Shown here piece after piece: positions 10,783 to 22,106 of a stretch of 64,000 nt of DNA. Origin of the DNA: a bacterium (GTDB lineage Bacteria > Zhuqueibacterota > Zhuqueibacteria > Residuimicrobiales > Krinioviventaceae); the NCBI GenBank assembly GCA_963675755.2, contig CAXXMD010000002.1, forward strand, positions 2,144,001 through 2,208,000, read 5' to 3'. Under the pieces are notes generated by a model that did no database searches, had not been told where the DNA came from, and was given only the letters and a program-made list of their open reading frames with translations. Each line of letters begins with the position of its first letter. The first letter of the stretch is position 1. The translations under genes were made by a program, and so were the position numbers.

Positions 10783-10811
10783 CTCATTCCCAGGCAGAGC
10801 CCGGGAACGAG
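10783..10811. repeat. REP-like hairpin CTCATTCCCAGG-CAGAG-CCCGGGAACGAG, related to family C
   Basis: Imperfect palindrome with TCCC...GGGA stem, like the hairpin at 54513-54538. Confidence 0.5.
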
Positions 10812-10828
10812 AAACAGGATATTTCCAT

Positions 10829-10854
10829 GTACGGGCTGACCTGTGTGTCCGCCC
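10829..10854 (+). repeat. REP-like palindrome, family B
   Basis: GTACGGGCTGACCTGTGTGTCCGCCC. Confidence 0.75.
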
Positions 10855-10965
10855 TCCCTCATTTCACCAATCCCTAAATCCTGTACATCTGGATCCATCC
10901 CCAAGAAAATCACTTGATTCCTACCCGCAAAATGCTAATTTATAACCGTGCTGTGAACGGTTTCA

Positions 10966-10981
10966 TGGCATATTCCTTGCA
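10966..10981 (+). promoter_or_regulatory. Putative sigma-54 (-24/-12) promoter
   Basis: TGGCATATTCCTTGCA has GG-N10-GC spacing and lies directly upstream of the GHL10 gene. Confidence 0.6.
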
Positions 10982-11075
10982 AAATTATCCACATTCGGTA
11001 TTTCTTGTCTTGATGTTGTAAATAATGAACCAGAATTGTTACGTTAACAGACTGATTAAAAAGAAATTATACCCA

Positions 11076-13418
11076 ATGCGCAACATGAACCGTCACCACC
11101 TGTTTTCTGTCATTTTCCTGTTTTTTCTCCTGGTCGGGAGTAATTTACCCGCACAGGATGGGCAAACCCGCGCCCTGTGGGTAACCCGCTGGGACTATCA
11201 ATCATCCGACGATATCAAACAGATCATGCGCAACGCCAGCGCCTATCATTTCAATACCATCCTGTTTCAGGTACGAGGCACCGGTACGGTAGCCTATCCC
11301 TCAAACCTCGAGCCATGGTCAGCCGAGTTTAACCATTCCGATCCCGGTTGGGACCCCCTTCAGCTTGCGCTCGAACTGGCGCACGGATATGATATGGAAC
11401 TGCACGCCTGGATCAACGTCTATCCCGGTTGGGGCGGCAAACAAGCACCAGAAGATCCCAATCAGCTATACAACAGTCACAAAGACTGGTTCATGACCGA
11501 TCAGGCCGGTAATCCCCAGGCACTGAACAGCCACTATGTATGGCTCTCCCCCACGCATCCGCTGGTACAAAAACATATTCTCAATCTGTGCAGGGAAATC
11601 TATTCCCGCTACAACATTGATGGCATTCATCTCGACTATTTCAGATATCCCGGTCCCGGATTTTCTTATGATCCGGCATCCATTAAAATATTTCAGTTTA
11701 AAACCGGGCACACCCCGGATGAGGTTCCATATACCTGGAACAAATGGCGTCGCAATAACATCAGTCTGCTGTTGGCAAAACTGCACAGGGCGCTCAAAGA
11801 GCACAATCCCGAAATGATTCTTAGCGCATCGGTTGTAGGCAATTACAGTCGCGGATACAACATGTTTTTTCAGGACAGCCACGGCTGGCTCGCTAACAAT
11901 ATCGTCGATGCGGTTTACCCCATGGTCTACACATCCGACTCTTTACTCTTTCGCAACTGGACCACCCAGCATCTGTTCAATACGCACGATCGACATATAT
12001 ACCCCGGTATTCTGATCAATTCTCCCGACCAAATGGCAGACCAGATTCGTATTTCCAACACGCTCAATACAAAAGGACTTGCACTGTTCTCGTACGGCAA
12101 GCTGTTCCCTTCACACTTTCCGGATCCGGTTTACACCCAAAAGCTTGAAGCAGCCTTTGGTCCCTCTACCCGACCCGCTTCCCTGCCATGGAAAGCCTAT
12201 GCCGGAGATTCGCAAGGTCCTGTTATTTCAGAGATCAAAACCATCCCCGCCTCGCTCGATGACCATACAAAGTTTAAAATTGCCGCATATATTACAGATC
12301 CATCCGGTGTTTATGACGACAAAACCGGTCCCGAAGGCCAGGGCATTTACCTGATCTTTGACCGGCAATGGCCCCCCAAAGAGGGTCAGCAATACAAAAT
12401 GAGCCGGGTTAAAAAATCTGACAACTGGTACATAACAGACAAGTCCATACCCCCGCAAAGTATAGGACTCGATTTCCGTTGCAGAATTTTCGCATGGGAT
12501 GATTATCACGAATCGGCCAATCACCCCAAACGCAATTTGGGATACAGCGATATCTGGTCTTTTTCAATCCTGAAAACTGACGATCATTATATTTCCAAAG
12601 GCAAATGGGGACCGTCACTATGGCGGCCAACATCGCTCGCTATCGATACGCAGCAAAACATCTGGATTGGCGGCATCAGCGAGAATCCGGTCACCGTGTT
12701 ACAGCAAAATGGTGAACCCGCGTCATTCTCGCCCATCACGGAAGCGCTGAACGAATACGGCAATCCCCTGCAATTACAATCCGTTTCATGCCTTACATAT
12801 TCTGGCAACGGATACATTTATGCGCTGGATTCTGATAATCCCGGTCTCATACTCCGCTTTTTTACCAGAAACGGTATTGCAGATACAGCCTGGGTAACTG
12901 ATTATCCCGCAAGCGCACTCGATTGTGATGATCAAGGTAATATATACTTACTCGAAAGTCGTACTGCCAAATGGCATGTGCTGAACAAGCAAGGTGTTGA
13001 ATTGAAAAATAGTCCCTTTGGACAAGGACATTATGGACATGACATTGCCGTGCTAAGAGATGGCTCTGCGGTATTTATAAACGATCTGTCTACCAATTCC
13101 GTACAGCAATGGAACGGTGCCGTAGAAGGCGAATACGCGCGTTTCTGGCAAAGTGATGATCTGCCGGCAGTAGATCTGGATGTGGGTAGAATTACATCAA
13201 AATCAAACTTTGTATATGTCTCGCACAGTCAAAGGGGAATTATTACCATCTATAGCAGAGCAGGCTACCCTGTAACGCACCTGACCGGCGGAACACCGCC
13301 ATTATATGCGCCAATGGATATTGCAATATCCAAGGATGGATCAACACTATATGTTTTGGAAGCTCCGGGGAACGGACCGTCTCAATTGATTAAATGGAGT
13401 AAACAGGCAGGTAATTAA
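11076..13418 (+). CDS. Secreted glycosyl hydrolase-like 10 (GHL10/DUF187, YddW/DigH-like) protein with a C-terminal beta-propeller
   Basis: Signal peptide, RALWVTRW, FNTILFQVRG, ELHAWIN, DGIHLDYFRYP and YPMVY. C-terminus has NHL/SMP-like blades. Start could be 11025, 11076 or 11085. Confidence 0.82.
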   Translation: MRNMNRHHLFSVIFLFFLLVGSNLPAQDGQTRALWVTRWDYQSSDDIKQIMRNASAYHFNTILFQVRGTGTVAYPSNLEPWSAEFNHSDPGWDPLQLALELAHGYDMELHAWINVYPGWGGKQAPEDPNQLYNSHKDWFMTDQAGNPQALNSHYVWLSPTHPLVQKHILNLCREIYSRYNIDGIHLDYFRYPGPGFSYDPASIKIFQFKTGHTPDEVPYTWNKWRRNNISLLLAKLHRALKEHNPEMILSASVVGNYSRGYNMFFQDSHGWLANNIVDAVYPMVYTSDSLLFRNWTTQHLFNTHDRHIYPGILINSPDQMADQIRISNTLNTKGLALFSYGKLFPSHFPDPVYTQKLEAAFGPSTRPASLPWKAYAGDSQGPVISEIKTIPASLDDHTKFKIAAYITDPSGVYDDKTGPEGQGIYLIFDRQWPPKEGQQYKMSRVKKSDNWYITDKSIPPQSIGLDFRCRIFAWDDYHESANHPKRNLGYSDIWSFSILKTDDHYISKGKWGPSLWRPTSLAIDTQQNIWIGGISENPVTVLQQNGEPASFSPITEALNEYGNPLQLQSVSCLTYSGNGYIYALDSDNPGLILRFFTRNGIADTAWVTDYPASALDCDDQGNIYLLESRTAKWHVLNKQGVELKNSPFGQGHYGHDIAVLRDGSAVFINDLSTNSVQQWNGAVEGEYARFWQSDDLPAVDLDVGRITSKSNFVYVSHSQRGIITIYSRAGYPVTHLTGGTPPLYAPMDIAISKDGSTLYVLEAPGNGPSQLIKWSKQAGN

Positions 13419-14275
13419 CGGGTCATCAACATGGCGCAAGGCAAATTTTGCAAAGCCAGCTCCAGTTGCTGAGGAAACAAACGGTCCCACAAATTCATCC
13501 GACTACGGGGGCCATGCACAATAAACAAATCCGCCATAATTTCACGTGTCAGATCTAACGTTGTTGAACGGCTTTTCTCATTCAAACACCGTGTCTGAAA
13601 ACTGACTCCTTCTGTATCAAACTCGGCAATAAAAGATTTTAGCTTATCATCTTCTTTCTTATAAATTTCTTTGATCTTTTTGGCGTCATTACTCATGGTC
13701 TTTTTATCAGCAAGATCAGGAACGCGAAAAGTATGGGTAAAAAACAGATCACGGGTACCCAACTCTTGTGCAATATTGATTGCAACCTGAACAGCCAGTC
13801 TGGCCTCTTCATCATACTCTACCGCGCAATGAATGCGCTGCAAAGGCATAGGTTTAATCTGGGGTTCTGTCATCAACAGCACGGAACAGGGCGCATGCCG
13901 TGCAATACTTCTTGCCACAGAACCAAGATAATACTTTAAAAATCCCTCTTTTTTCAAAGCACCGGCAACGATTAAATCCGCTTCATATTCTTTGGCCACA
14001 TCAATCAAAACATCAGCAGGATTACCATTCCGCACAAAACAGATTGGCGGGTGTTTTTTGAAATTAGACTGATCAATGGCCTCTTCCAGCTTTATACGTT
14101 GCGAAGCCGTTTCTTCACCTGCATGCACAATAATAGGCCAGGTGCCCAACATTTTTAATAATCGATGAGATTCATTCAATACCGCAGTCAACCTTGGGGA
14201 AAATGCGGCAGCAACAACAGCCCGTTTAAAAACAGGTTCTCCTAATGAATCATTCATATCAAACGGCTCTAACAC
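13415..14275 (-). CDS. Universal stress protein (tandem Usp domains)
   Basis: GNPADVLIDVAKEYEADLIVAG...LGSVARSIARHAPCSVLL. GTG start follows AGGAG. Confidence 0.88.
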   Translation of the reverse strand: MLEPFDMNDSLGEPVFKRAVVAAAFSPRLTAVLNESHRLLKMLGTWPIIVHAGEETASQRIKLEEAIDQSNFKKHPPICFVRNGNPADVLIDVAKEYEADLIVAGALKKEGFLKYYLGSVARSIARHAPCSVLLMTEPQIKPMPLQRIHCAVEYDEEARLAVQVAINIAQELGTRDLFFTHTFRVPDLADKKTMSNDAKKIKEIYKKEDDKLKSFIAEFDTEGVSFQTRCLNEKSRSTTLDLTREIMADLFIVHGPRSRMNLWDRLFPQQLELALQNLPCAMLMTR

Positions 14276-14657
14276 CCTGGTTCTCCTGAATTAAAATAAA
14301 ACAATAACTTAGCCAATCACGATTCAAAAATCAAGCAGAAAATTCAAGATAAATAAAAATATACCAAAAGATTATGAATTTATCGACGTCATAAAGAAAA
14401 AATATCTACAACATTTATATAATTTTGGTCTAATTGTTGCCGAACCAGTGTATGAAAATCAATACAAAATTTTTAGTTCTTTTAAAAAGCATGAGAACAA
14501 TAAAAAACAATGACTTACACACTTTTAAAATGTGGTAATCCGCAACCTGTTTCCTTTATGGGACAAATAAAATCCAAAATTGATTTTCATGCCACATTTT
14601 TGTATTTGTAGTAAATATGCTGTTATGCATAAAATTATTCCGGGAAGGTATTTTGGT

Positions 14658-17600
14658 ATGCTGCCAAAAGATAAAAGTACTTTATTTAATACGCTCGCTA
14701 ATCAGGTAAATACAGTCGTTTTTATCACTTCTGATTCATTCAAGATCTTGGATCAAAACAAATACGCCAGTGACATGCTGGGCTTGGACATTTCAAACAA
14801 AAAAACTTCATTATTTGATTTCATACCCACACTTTCAGATCATGTAGAACAACTATCAACGCTTGAATATTCATCACTTGAAACCGATTTCATTCGTCCT
14901 GATAAATCTATATGCAAGGCTCAAATTGAAATCAATTCTTTCAAAGACAGAAAAAAAACATATTATATTTTTGTCATCAACAAAGACAATACAAAATCCT
15001 CCGGTTGTGCCTGCAAAGATTTTGATATTGTATTAAATATAACCGGTATTCCTGCGGTAATTATCGAACAGAATTATTCCATCTCGTTGGCCAATCCCGA
15101 GTTTGTCAACTTTTCAGGGTATTCCAAACAGGAAATTGAGGGTAAAAAAACAGTTCTCGATTTTATTTCCAAAAATGATATTAAAAAGCTCAAATCGCTT
15201 ATTAATAAAGATCCTGAATCTGCGTTAAAACTGGAAAACCACGAGCTTTTATTCTACGACAAAGATCGCAATGCTAAAACCATCTATGCATCCATAGACA
15301 CTTTGCCGGAAACCGGGCAAATGGTTGCTTTTTTACGGGACATTAGCCATCACGACACCATTAAAGATTTTTGGGCAAAACAAAAGACCCTTTACAATGC
15401 ATTGATTGACAGTGAAAACACGGGCATTATGATTTTGACCCGGGAAAATAATATAAAATTTGTAAATCGAATCATGTCTATCATGCTCGGATACAAAGCT
15501 GATTCGATAGAAGGGAAAAGCTTGTCCGAATTTATGGATAACGATCTGTCAACCAATCCCCGAATTAATCTTTTTGAAAAACCGGAACTTGTTTTAAAAA
15601 CCAAATACGGAAGTAAAAGACATTTCATCGTATCCGTGGCCCAGGTCCAGGAAGATCAGGCCGATGACAAAATGTTAATTCTTACAGATATTACCGAACG
15701 CAAAAATGTTGAAGAAGCGTTAATGATTGAACAGACGTTGATCAGTTCTCTCATAGATAATATTCCGGATACAATATATTTCAAAGATAAAAAAAGCAGA
15801 TTTATCAAGATCAATAAATCCCATGCCAAAATAATGGGCCTTGAGAATCCACGCGATGCAGTAGGCAAAACCGATTTCGATTTCTTTCCACAAAACGATG
15901 CAGAAAAATACATTCAAGACGAGCAAAAGATCCTCCAGGAAAATAAACCACTGGTTGACAGAGTAGAAAGAGTGCTCCATGCGGATGGATCGTATCACTG
16001 GTACTCTACAATCAAAATCCCTCTGGTTATCAACGGACAGGTATCTGGAATTGTTGGCTTGTCTCGTGATATTACAGAAATTAAAGAAATGAGTAATGAA
16101 CTCGGTAAAAAGAACAAAGAACTTGATATCGCTCTGGCAAAAGCAGAAACGGCCACTCAGGCCAAAACGGACTTTTTAGCCAATATGAGTCACGAAATCC
16201 GCACACCCATGAACGGTGTAATCGGTATGACCAGCCTCCTGTTGGAAACTGAACTAACCAACGAGCAAAAAGATTATTTGGAAACCATTCGTAACGGTGG
16301 CAATGCCCTGCTGGTCTTAATTAATGATATCCTTGATTATTCAAAGATTGAATCCGGCAAACTTGATCTTGAATACCGTGAATTTGACCTCAGAGAACGC
16401 ATCGAAGAATCATTGGACCTTCAGGCTGCAAATGCAACCCAAAAAGGTCTTGAACTTGCCTACCTCATTGACGACAATACTCCAACCAATCTCATTGGTG
16501 ACGAGTTGCGTTTAGGGCAAATTCTGAACAATCTGTTAAGCAATGCGATTAAATTCACCCGTGAAGGTGAAGTTGTTGTACATGTGAGTGCTGAAAAACA
16601 GGGACATAATAATTTTAAATATACTTTTGCAGTCAAAGACACTGGTATAGGTATACCTCAGGACCGAATGGATCGTCTTTTTAAATCATTCAGCCAGGTA
16701 GATACTTCAACTACACGTAGATACGGTGGAACAGGCCTGGGTCTTGCTATCAGCAAACGCCTTTCCGAATTGATGAAAGGTAAAATGTGGGTCGAAAGTA
16801 TTGTCAACAAGGGATCAACCTTTTTCTTTTCAATCCAGGCAGAAACACGTGAACCCAGACCCAAAGTTTTTGTTAAAAGTGCAACTTCAAAATTAAAAGA
16901 TAAACGGTTATTGATTGTAGATGATAACCAAACCAACCGCACTATTCTTACAAAACTTGCAGAAAACTGGCAAATGCTGCCACAAAATGCCGAGTCAGCA
17001 GAAGAAGCTCTCAGATTGCTTCGCAAAGGATATTTTTATGACCTGGCAATTCTTGATATGCAGATGCCGGAAATGGACGGGCTGGAACTGGCTAAAATCA
17101 TCAAATCCGATCCCGACACTCGCAATATGCCATTATTTATGCTTACATCAATCGGCTGGAAAAGTGAAGAATTTGAAAAAGAGGGCATTCATTTACAGGG
17201 AATTATGTCAAAGCCGGTAAAACAAAACCACCTTTATAATGCCCTGGTCGATCTTTTTAAACAGAAACAAACAGTATCACCCAGAACAACAAAAACCGAA
17301 AAATCAAAAATAGATCCCAACATGGGAAATTGGCTGCCGCTAAGCATACTGGTTGCTGAAGACAATCCGGTAAACCAAAAGCTGATCATCCGGTTATTAA
17401 ACAAAATGGGCTACAAGCCGGATATCGTACACAATGGTCTGGAAGCCATCATGGCACTTGAAAGAACTACTTACAATGTCATTCTTATGGATGTTCAAAT
17501 GCCTGAAATGGACGGATTGGAAGCTACCCGTATAATTAAAGAAAAGTTCCCTAACGGCAGCAGACCCCTTATTATTGCCATGACAGCGAATGCAATGCAG

Positions 17601-17711
17601 GGTGACAGGGAAAAGTGTATAGATGCAGGCATGGATGATTATGTCAGTAAACCTATTGACATTTCTGAACTGACCAACGCCTTGTTTAAATGTAAAATAT
17701 CTGTCAATTGA
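14658..17711 (+). CDS. Cytoplasmic multi-PAS hybrid histidine kinase (PAS x4-HisKA-HATPase-REC-REC)
   Basis: [30 protein letters not shown] and GGTGLGL, plus two receivers ([10 protein letters not shown]; [10 protein letters not shown]). No TM segment. Start uncertain (14580-14658). Confidence 0.93.
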   Translation: MLPKDKSTLFNTLANQVNTVVFITSDSFKILDQNKYASDMLGLDISNKKTSLFDFIPTLSDHVEQLSTLEYSSLETDFIRPDKSICKAQIEINSFKDRKKTYYIFVINKDNTKSSGCACKDFDIVLNITGIPAVIIEQNYSISLANPEFVNFSGYSKQEIEGKKTVLDFISKNDIKKLKSLINKDPESALKLENHELLFYDKDRNAKTIYASIDTLPETGQMVAFLRDISHHDTIKDFWAKQKTLYNALIDSENTGIMILTRENNIKFVNRIMSIMLGYKADSIEGKSLSEFMDNDLSTNPRINLFEKPELVLKTKYGSKRHFIVSVAQVQEDQADDKMLILTDITERKNVEEALMIEQTLISSLIDNIPDTIYFKDKKSRFIKINKSHAKIMGLENPRDAVGKTDFDFFPQNDAEKYIQDEQKILQENKPLVDRVERVLHADGSYHWYSTIKIPLVINGQVSGIVGLSRDITEIKEMSNELGKKNKELDIALAKAETATQAKTDFLANMSHEIRTPMNGVIGMTSLLLETELTNEQKDYLETIRNGGNALLVLINDILDYSKIESGKLDLEYREFDLRERIEESLDLQAANATQKGLELAYLIDDNTPTNLIGDELRLGQILNNLLSNAIKFTREGEVVVHVSAEKQGHNNFKYTFAVKDTGIGIPQDRMDRLFKSFSQVDTSTTRRYGGTGLGLAISKRLSELMKGKMWVESIVNKGSTFFFSIQAETREPRPKVFVKSATSKLKDKRLLIVDDNQTNRTILTKLAENWQMLPQNAESAEEALRLLRKGYFYDLAILDMQMPEMDGLELAKIIKSDPDTRNMPLFMLTSIGWKSEEFEKEGIHLQGIMSKPVKQNHLYNALVDLFKQKQTVSPRTTKTEKSKIDPNMGNWLPLSILVAEDNPVNQKLIIRLLNKMGYKPDIVHNGLEAIMALERTTYNVILMDVQMPEMDGLEATRIIKEKFPNGSRPLIIAMTANAMQGDREKCIDAGMDDYVSKPIDISELTNALFKCKISVN

Positions 17712-17742
17712 AAGATTGTTTAATAATTAATAGAGGACTAAA

Positions 17743-18129
17743 ATGCACACAGATCATGTTTTGAACGTTGAAGAGTTATATGAACGTGTAGCAGGTGACG
17801 AAGAACTGCTCCAGGAAATCATAGAATTATTCATGGAAGACTATCAAGAGCATTTGGACAATATCAACACGGCAATAAAAATGGATGATGCAGATGCACT
17901 GACAAAAGCTGCACATACATTAAAAGGTGCAGTGGCAACTTTTGCTGCAGCTAAAGCCAAAGAAGCCGCGTTTGTTCTTGAAAAAATGGGAAGAAACAAT
18001 GATCTCACCGGGGGCTTGGAAGCATATCAAACACTGGTGATCGAGGTTCAGCATTTAAAAGAAGCTTTATCTCAATTTACAATTCCTGAAGAAATAGAAA
18101 AAACTCTGGATCACGAAGCAATATTTTAA
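17743..18129 (+). CDS. Hpt (histidine phosphotransfer) domain protein
   Basis: AAHTLKGA motif in a helical protein directly downstream of the hybrid kinase. Confidence 0.9.
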   Translation: MHTDHVLNVEELYERVAGDEELLQEIIELFMEDYQEHLDNINTAIKMDDADALTKAAHTLKGAVATFAAAKAKEAAFVLEKMGRNNDLTGGLEAYQTLVIEVQHLKEALSQFTIPEEIEKTLDHEAIF

Positions 18130-18134
18130 ATAAT

Positions 18135-18162
18135 AAAGCACCGGTATTTAACCGGTGCTTTT
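18135..18162. terminator. Bidirectional intrinsic terminator
   Basis: AAAGCACCGGT-ATTTA-ACCGGTGCTTTT between convergent hpt and ROK genes. Confidence 0.75.
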
Positions 18163-18169
18163 AAATTCT

Positions 18170-19273
18170 CTATTTCGATAATTCGTGCAGGGCAAAGGCA
18201 TAAGCGCCAATAGCCACGGCCTTACTTGTGCCCAAACGGGAAATTCCCACACCTACACGTTTCAGGGGATCGTACAACATTTTGTCATTTGTTCGGGGAA
18301 CCATAATTTCCATAACATCACCTTTTGCAAAAGAATCCATTTCTTTTTCATCTTCAAGGTTAAATGCTCTCGATTCCATACGGTTTACCCATTCACCGGA
18401 ATAAGTTGCCATCTTGCTGTTCAACTCGGCAACAATTCCCGGTAACAACAATTCACTGGCACCAGACAAGCCGCCACCAATTACAATCAATCCATCAATC
18501 AATATAGATGTATTAGCAAGTACATCTCCAACAATCTCTGCAAGTTCGTCAAACGCTTTTACTGCAGCTTGTTTATTACCTTCCATATTCCCTTTGGCTA
18601 TATCAAATATATCACAAGGTTCAGGAGCGTCTTTAATATCTATGCCCACGATTCCGGCATAGGTCCCTTTAACTCCACGAATACTTGCACCCTCTTCTGC
18701 AAATGAATCAAAATGCAGTTTATTGCGCATACTCCAGATCTCAAATCCTGCTGAATTATCACCCAAAAACAATTCACCGTCAGAGACCATACCACCGCCA
18801 AAACCGGTACCCAGGGTAACTCCAAATATATTTTTATACTGCTTGGGGCTTCCCGCCGATTTGAGCTTTTCATTTACCTGTGGCAGCAGACCTGCAATGG
18901 CTTCACCATAAACAAACAGGTCCCCATCATTATTAATAAATACAGGTACATTGAATAACGATTCAAGCATAGGTCCCAACGCAACACCCCCGCGAAATCC
19001 CGGTAGATTCACCAGATCACCAATAATTCCATTGGGATAATCTGCAGGTCCGGGAAACGCAAAGCTGATTGCCGCGGGTTTCTGCTCCAGTTTGGATTGG
19101 AGCTGGGTAAATCCTTCAATTATCGTATCCAGACATTTTTCAAGATCATGCGCATTGGATGGCAGTCTCAAGGGTCCGGCAACCTCCTTGTTTCCCTGAA
19201 TTGCGGAAAAAACAAAATTGGTGCCTCCGGCATCCAGCGTCATGACGATCCGTTTATCGTCATCATATTTCAT
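18170..19273 (-). CDS. ROK-family sugar kinase (Bacteroidetes-type hexokinase)
   Basis: TLDAGGT, FAFPGPADY, INNDGD and TLGTGFGGG motifs. Confidence 0.9.
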   Translation of the reverse strand: MKYDDDKRIVMTLDAGGTNFVFSAIQGNKEVAGPLRLPSNAHDLEKCLDTIIEGFTQLQSKLEQKPAAISFAFPGPADYPNGIIGDLVNLPGFRGGVALGPMLESLFNVPVFINNDGDLFVYGEAIAGLLPQVNEKLKSAGSPKQYKNIFGVTLGTGFGGGMVSDGELFLGDNSAGFEIWSMRNKLHFDSFAEEGASIRGVKGTYAGIVGIDIKDAPEPCDIFDIAKGNMEGNKQAAVKAFDELAEIVGDVLANTSILIDGLIVIGGGLSGASELLLPGIVAELNSKMATYSGEWVNRMESRAFNLEDEKEMDSFAKGDVMEIMVPRTNDKMLYDPLKRVGVGISRLGTSKAVAIGAYAFALHELSK

Positions 19274-19385
19274 TTGTATAGCACTCCTTTACCTTTGCTT
19301 GGTGTTTATAAAAAGCCGGAAAAAATCCCGGTCAAAATTCACATTAAATAATAATTTACAGAAAATTAGTACCCAATTTTATAAA

Positions 19386-19721
19386 CTAGTCAGCAATAAA
19401 ATCCTCGCGTATGGGTGTAAATGTATCTAATATCAGGACGTCCTCATCCCCTATAACTGTAACACCATGTTTAACATTTGAAGCAACCAGATATCCCTCA
19501 CCGGCTTTTAACTCTTTTTCTTCACCGGCAATATTTGCAATCAATTTGCCCTGTAAAATATATCCTGTCTGCTCATGTGGATGGCTATGGACCGGTGCAA
19601 CGGTCCCTGCTTTCAGTTCTACAAGAACATGCATCAAATTACCAATCCATATTTGTTTTCTGCGGGTATTTTCATCCACAGTTATCCATTCCAGTTCGTC
19701 CCAATTGAAAAATACACTCAT
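19386..19721 (-). CDS. Cupin-domain protein (KdgF-like)
   Basis: HSHPHEQ...KHG and DTFTPIREDF motifs. Confidence 0.85.
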   Translation of the reverse strand: MSVFFNWDELEWITVDENTRRKQIWIGNLMHVLVELKAGTVAPVHSHPHEQTGYILQGKLIANIAGEEKELKAGEGYLVASNVKHGVTVIGDEDVLILDTFTPIREDFIAD

Positions 19722-22081
19722 GATTCACTCTGATCTTTTTTATCATCAATATTTTCTGTAGTCTTGCGCATTTCACGTGACAGTTTCAGGAATTCATCCG
19801 GAAGCATCTCTTTAATATAAACCATACCATGACTTGCGCGTATTCTGGGATGCTGGTTTTCATAAAAGAATTCTCTACCCAGGCATGTTTTAATATCCAG
19901 ATATTGTTCTACCATAATCTTGCGAGCCAGGCGGGAGAACGGTCCATCCAGTTCATAACTGGGGAACGATGCATTGCGCTGTGATCCAAAACACTTGTCA
20001 AACGCATTTTCCAAAACAGCCATAGAATTCAGCGAAACCGGGACCAGTATATTAACATCCGTGGGATGAAAACGGTACCACACATTCCTGTAACCCCAGA
20101 CCTTGACATCCTTACGTCCGGTCTTTGCAATATATTCTTTTAAAGATTCTGCAATAACTTGCAGTACCTTGTAATGCGTATCCGGTCCGCTGGCTTCAGG
20201 ATCAAGTGCCACGGTCACAATAGATGGCTGAATCTTCATCATCTGACGCAGAACCGGCGCCACATCGCGATCTACAGTAGGTTCTTCGGTAAAGATATCT
20301 CCTTTGTAGAATCCTAAACGCATATGGTGAACATTATTATTATTAAAGCCCAAATATCCCCATAACAGGTCCGCTTCCCATTCCCTAATCATACCCTTAA
20401 ATTGTTGTATATAGGGCAGATCTTTTTTACCGGGATATTGAGACTCGAAATACATTTGCAGTTCACTGATCCGGTTCTTTAATTGTTTAATGCCCGGTTC
20501 TTCAAATAAAAAGATCAGGTTCCGTAGCATGCGTCGCGCTTCACCTTCATTCTGCATGGTCCTGCTATGTGCTGCCACACCATCCAGATATTTATAAACA
20601 TCACGGTTACGTGCAGTGTAATTGTCGTTATCAAAATAATTTTCACTCATCAAATGTTCACAAATGGGTGTGTCCATATAAGACAATAACATATTGATCC
20701 TGTCAAGCACAAAGCTGTTGGTCACAGCATTAAACCCGCTTGTCATATATGTAAAATGATGCTGATTTAAAGGAGTACGAACCAGATGCAAAATATAAGC
20801 CCAATACCCCAGCATAATATCATCATGATGTGGTGCGGTATGCAGGAACACCTGATTTTCCAGCATTTCTAAACCGCGATCAATTTTTTGGGTCAGATCA
20901 GTATGTGTTTGTTCTTTCAGATTTTTAACTGCTAGATCCCGTTTTTCCAACAAATGCGCGGCAAAACGATTACTCTCAAAGTCTTGCTTATCCAACTCCA
21001 GCAGACGCTTATTTTTTTCCAGTGCCAGTCCGGTAACAATTTTGCCAATTTGCTCTTGTGTAACCTTGCCTTTACACAGATCTGCGTAATTGCGTTCATC
21101 CAGTTGAGATGCTGCACCACGAGTTAAATAAAACCGGCTGTTCTTCAAAGATTGCAATACAGTTGCAGGGTACACATTACATGCCTCTTCCTGAACGGCC
21201 TCCCGCACAACACGTGCTTTTGCCTCTCCTGCTGCAATAATAATTGCAACAGCTTCAGGATTATAAATGATGGTTGACAAGCCAACAGTGATCACCAGTC
21301 TTTTTCGGGCAACTTCAATTCCACCCAAATCCGAAGCAGCTGCCGCCTGGGTCTCGTAATTGGTTGCTGTGAGTCGGGTTGTAGAATAATGATCTGAACC
21401 CAATACATTAAAACCAATATGCCCGTCGGGACCAATACCTCCTAGAAAAAATCCAATCCCTCCCATTTTGCGGATCTTGTCTTCATATTCTGTACAATAT
21501 TGATCAATATTCTGAATTACTTCTTTTTGAAGCCGTTCCTGGCTGTTACGACCTAAACGGGTGCGTAATCCCAAATCAACAACCTCATCAGGGAAAATCT
21601 CTTTCATGGTCATACCAGTAGGTATACCGGTATTCCAGGCATCTAACAACAGAGCTTTTTTGATATCAAGTCCAAAGCCCTCAATATAATATTTTTTTAT
21701 ATAGTATGAAAAGCTGTTACTTTGTGTAGAATTGATAGGATAAAATTCATCTATTTGAACAAATCTTAAATTTTTTGTAGACGGTTTTTTTGCCGGATCA
21801 AGACCACCAGCCTCCAGTTCCGCTGCAACTTGAGCATCGTTCCAGTTTTGCAGATAATATACAACCCATTTGATAAAATGTTCAGGAGTTTTACCGGTAG
21901 GCAAAGAGACAACACCATCCGGATTCTCTCCAATCCACTCTAAAAACCGCAAAGCAGTTAATCGACCCAATGCCGGAAAGTTATCAACCTCAAGTATGCC
22001 TATTTTTTCAGTTGGACTGTATTGAAAGCGGCGTTTGCTCGAATCAAGCGCCAGTTGTTCTACTTTGGATTGTAACTTCAT
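19718..22081 (-). CDS. nagB: Glucosamine-6-phosphate deaminase fused to a PIG-L-type deacetylase domain
   Basis: LPTGKTP, QIDEFY and GGIGPDGHIGFN (NagB), then APHHDD and GPDTH (PIG-L). Start taken at MKLQSK. Confidence 0.85.
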   Translation of the reverse strand: MKLQSKVEQLALDSSKRRFQYSPTEKIGILEVDNFPALGRLTALRFLEWIGENPDGVVSLPTGKTPEHFIKWVVYYLQNWNDAQVAAELEAGGLDPAKKPSTKNLRFVQIDEFYPINSTQSNSFSYYIKKYYIEGFGLDIKKALLLDAWNTGIPTGMTMKEIFPDEVVDLGLRTRLGRNSQERLQKEVIQNIDQYCTEYEDKIRKMGGIGFFLGGIGPDGHIGFNVLGSDHYSTTRLTATNYETQAAAASDLGGIEVARKRLVITVGLSTIIYNPEAVAIIIAAGEAKARVVREAVQEEACNVYPATVLQSLKNSRFYLTRGAASQLDERNYADLCKGKVTQEQIGKIVTGLALEKNKRLLELDKQDFESNRFAAHLLEKRDLAVKNLKEQTHTDLTQKIDRGLEMLENQVFLHTAPHHDDIMLGYWAYILHLVRTPLNQHHFTYMTSGFNAVTNSFVLDRINMLLSYMDTPICEHLMSENYFDNDNYTARNRDVYKYLDGVAAHSRTMQNEGEARRMLRNLIFLFEEPGIKQLKNRISELQMYFESQYPGKKDLPYIQQFKGMIREWEADLLWGYLGFNNNNVHHMRLGFYKGDIFTEEPTVDRDVAPVLRQMMKIQPSIVTVALDPEASGPDTHYKVLQVIAESLKEYIAKTGRKDVKVWGYRNVWYRFHPTDVNILVPVSLNSMAVLENAFDKCFGSQRNASFPSYELDGPFSRLARKIMVEQYLDIKTCLGREFFYENQHPRIRASHGMVYIKEMLPDEFLKLSREMRKTTENIDDKKDQSES

Positions 22082-22106
22082 ATACTTTTTACTCCTTCCA
22101 GGGTTC

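Noticed and set aside
10502-10877. ORFs 10502-10711 and 10680-10877
   Set aside because: They are translations of palindromic repeats, with no protein-like features or RBS.
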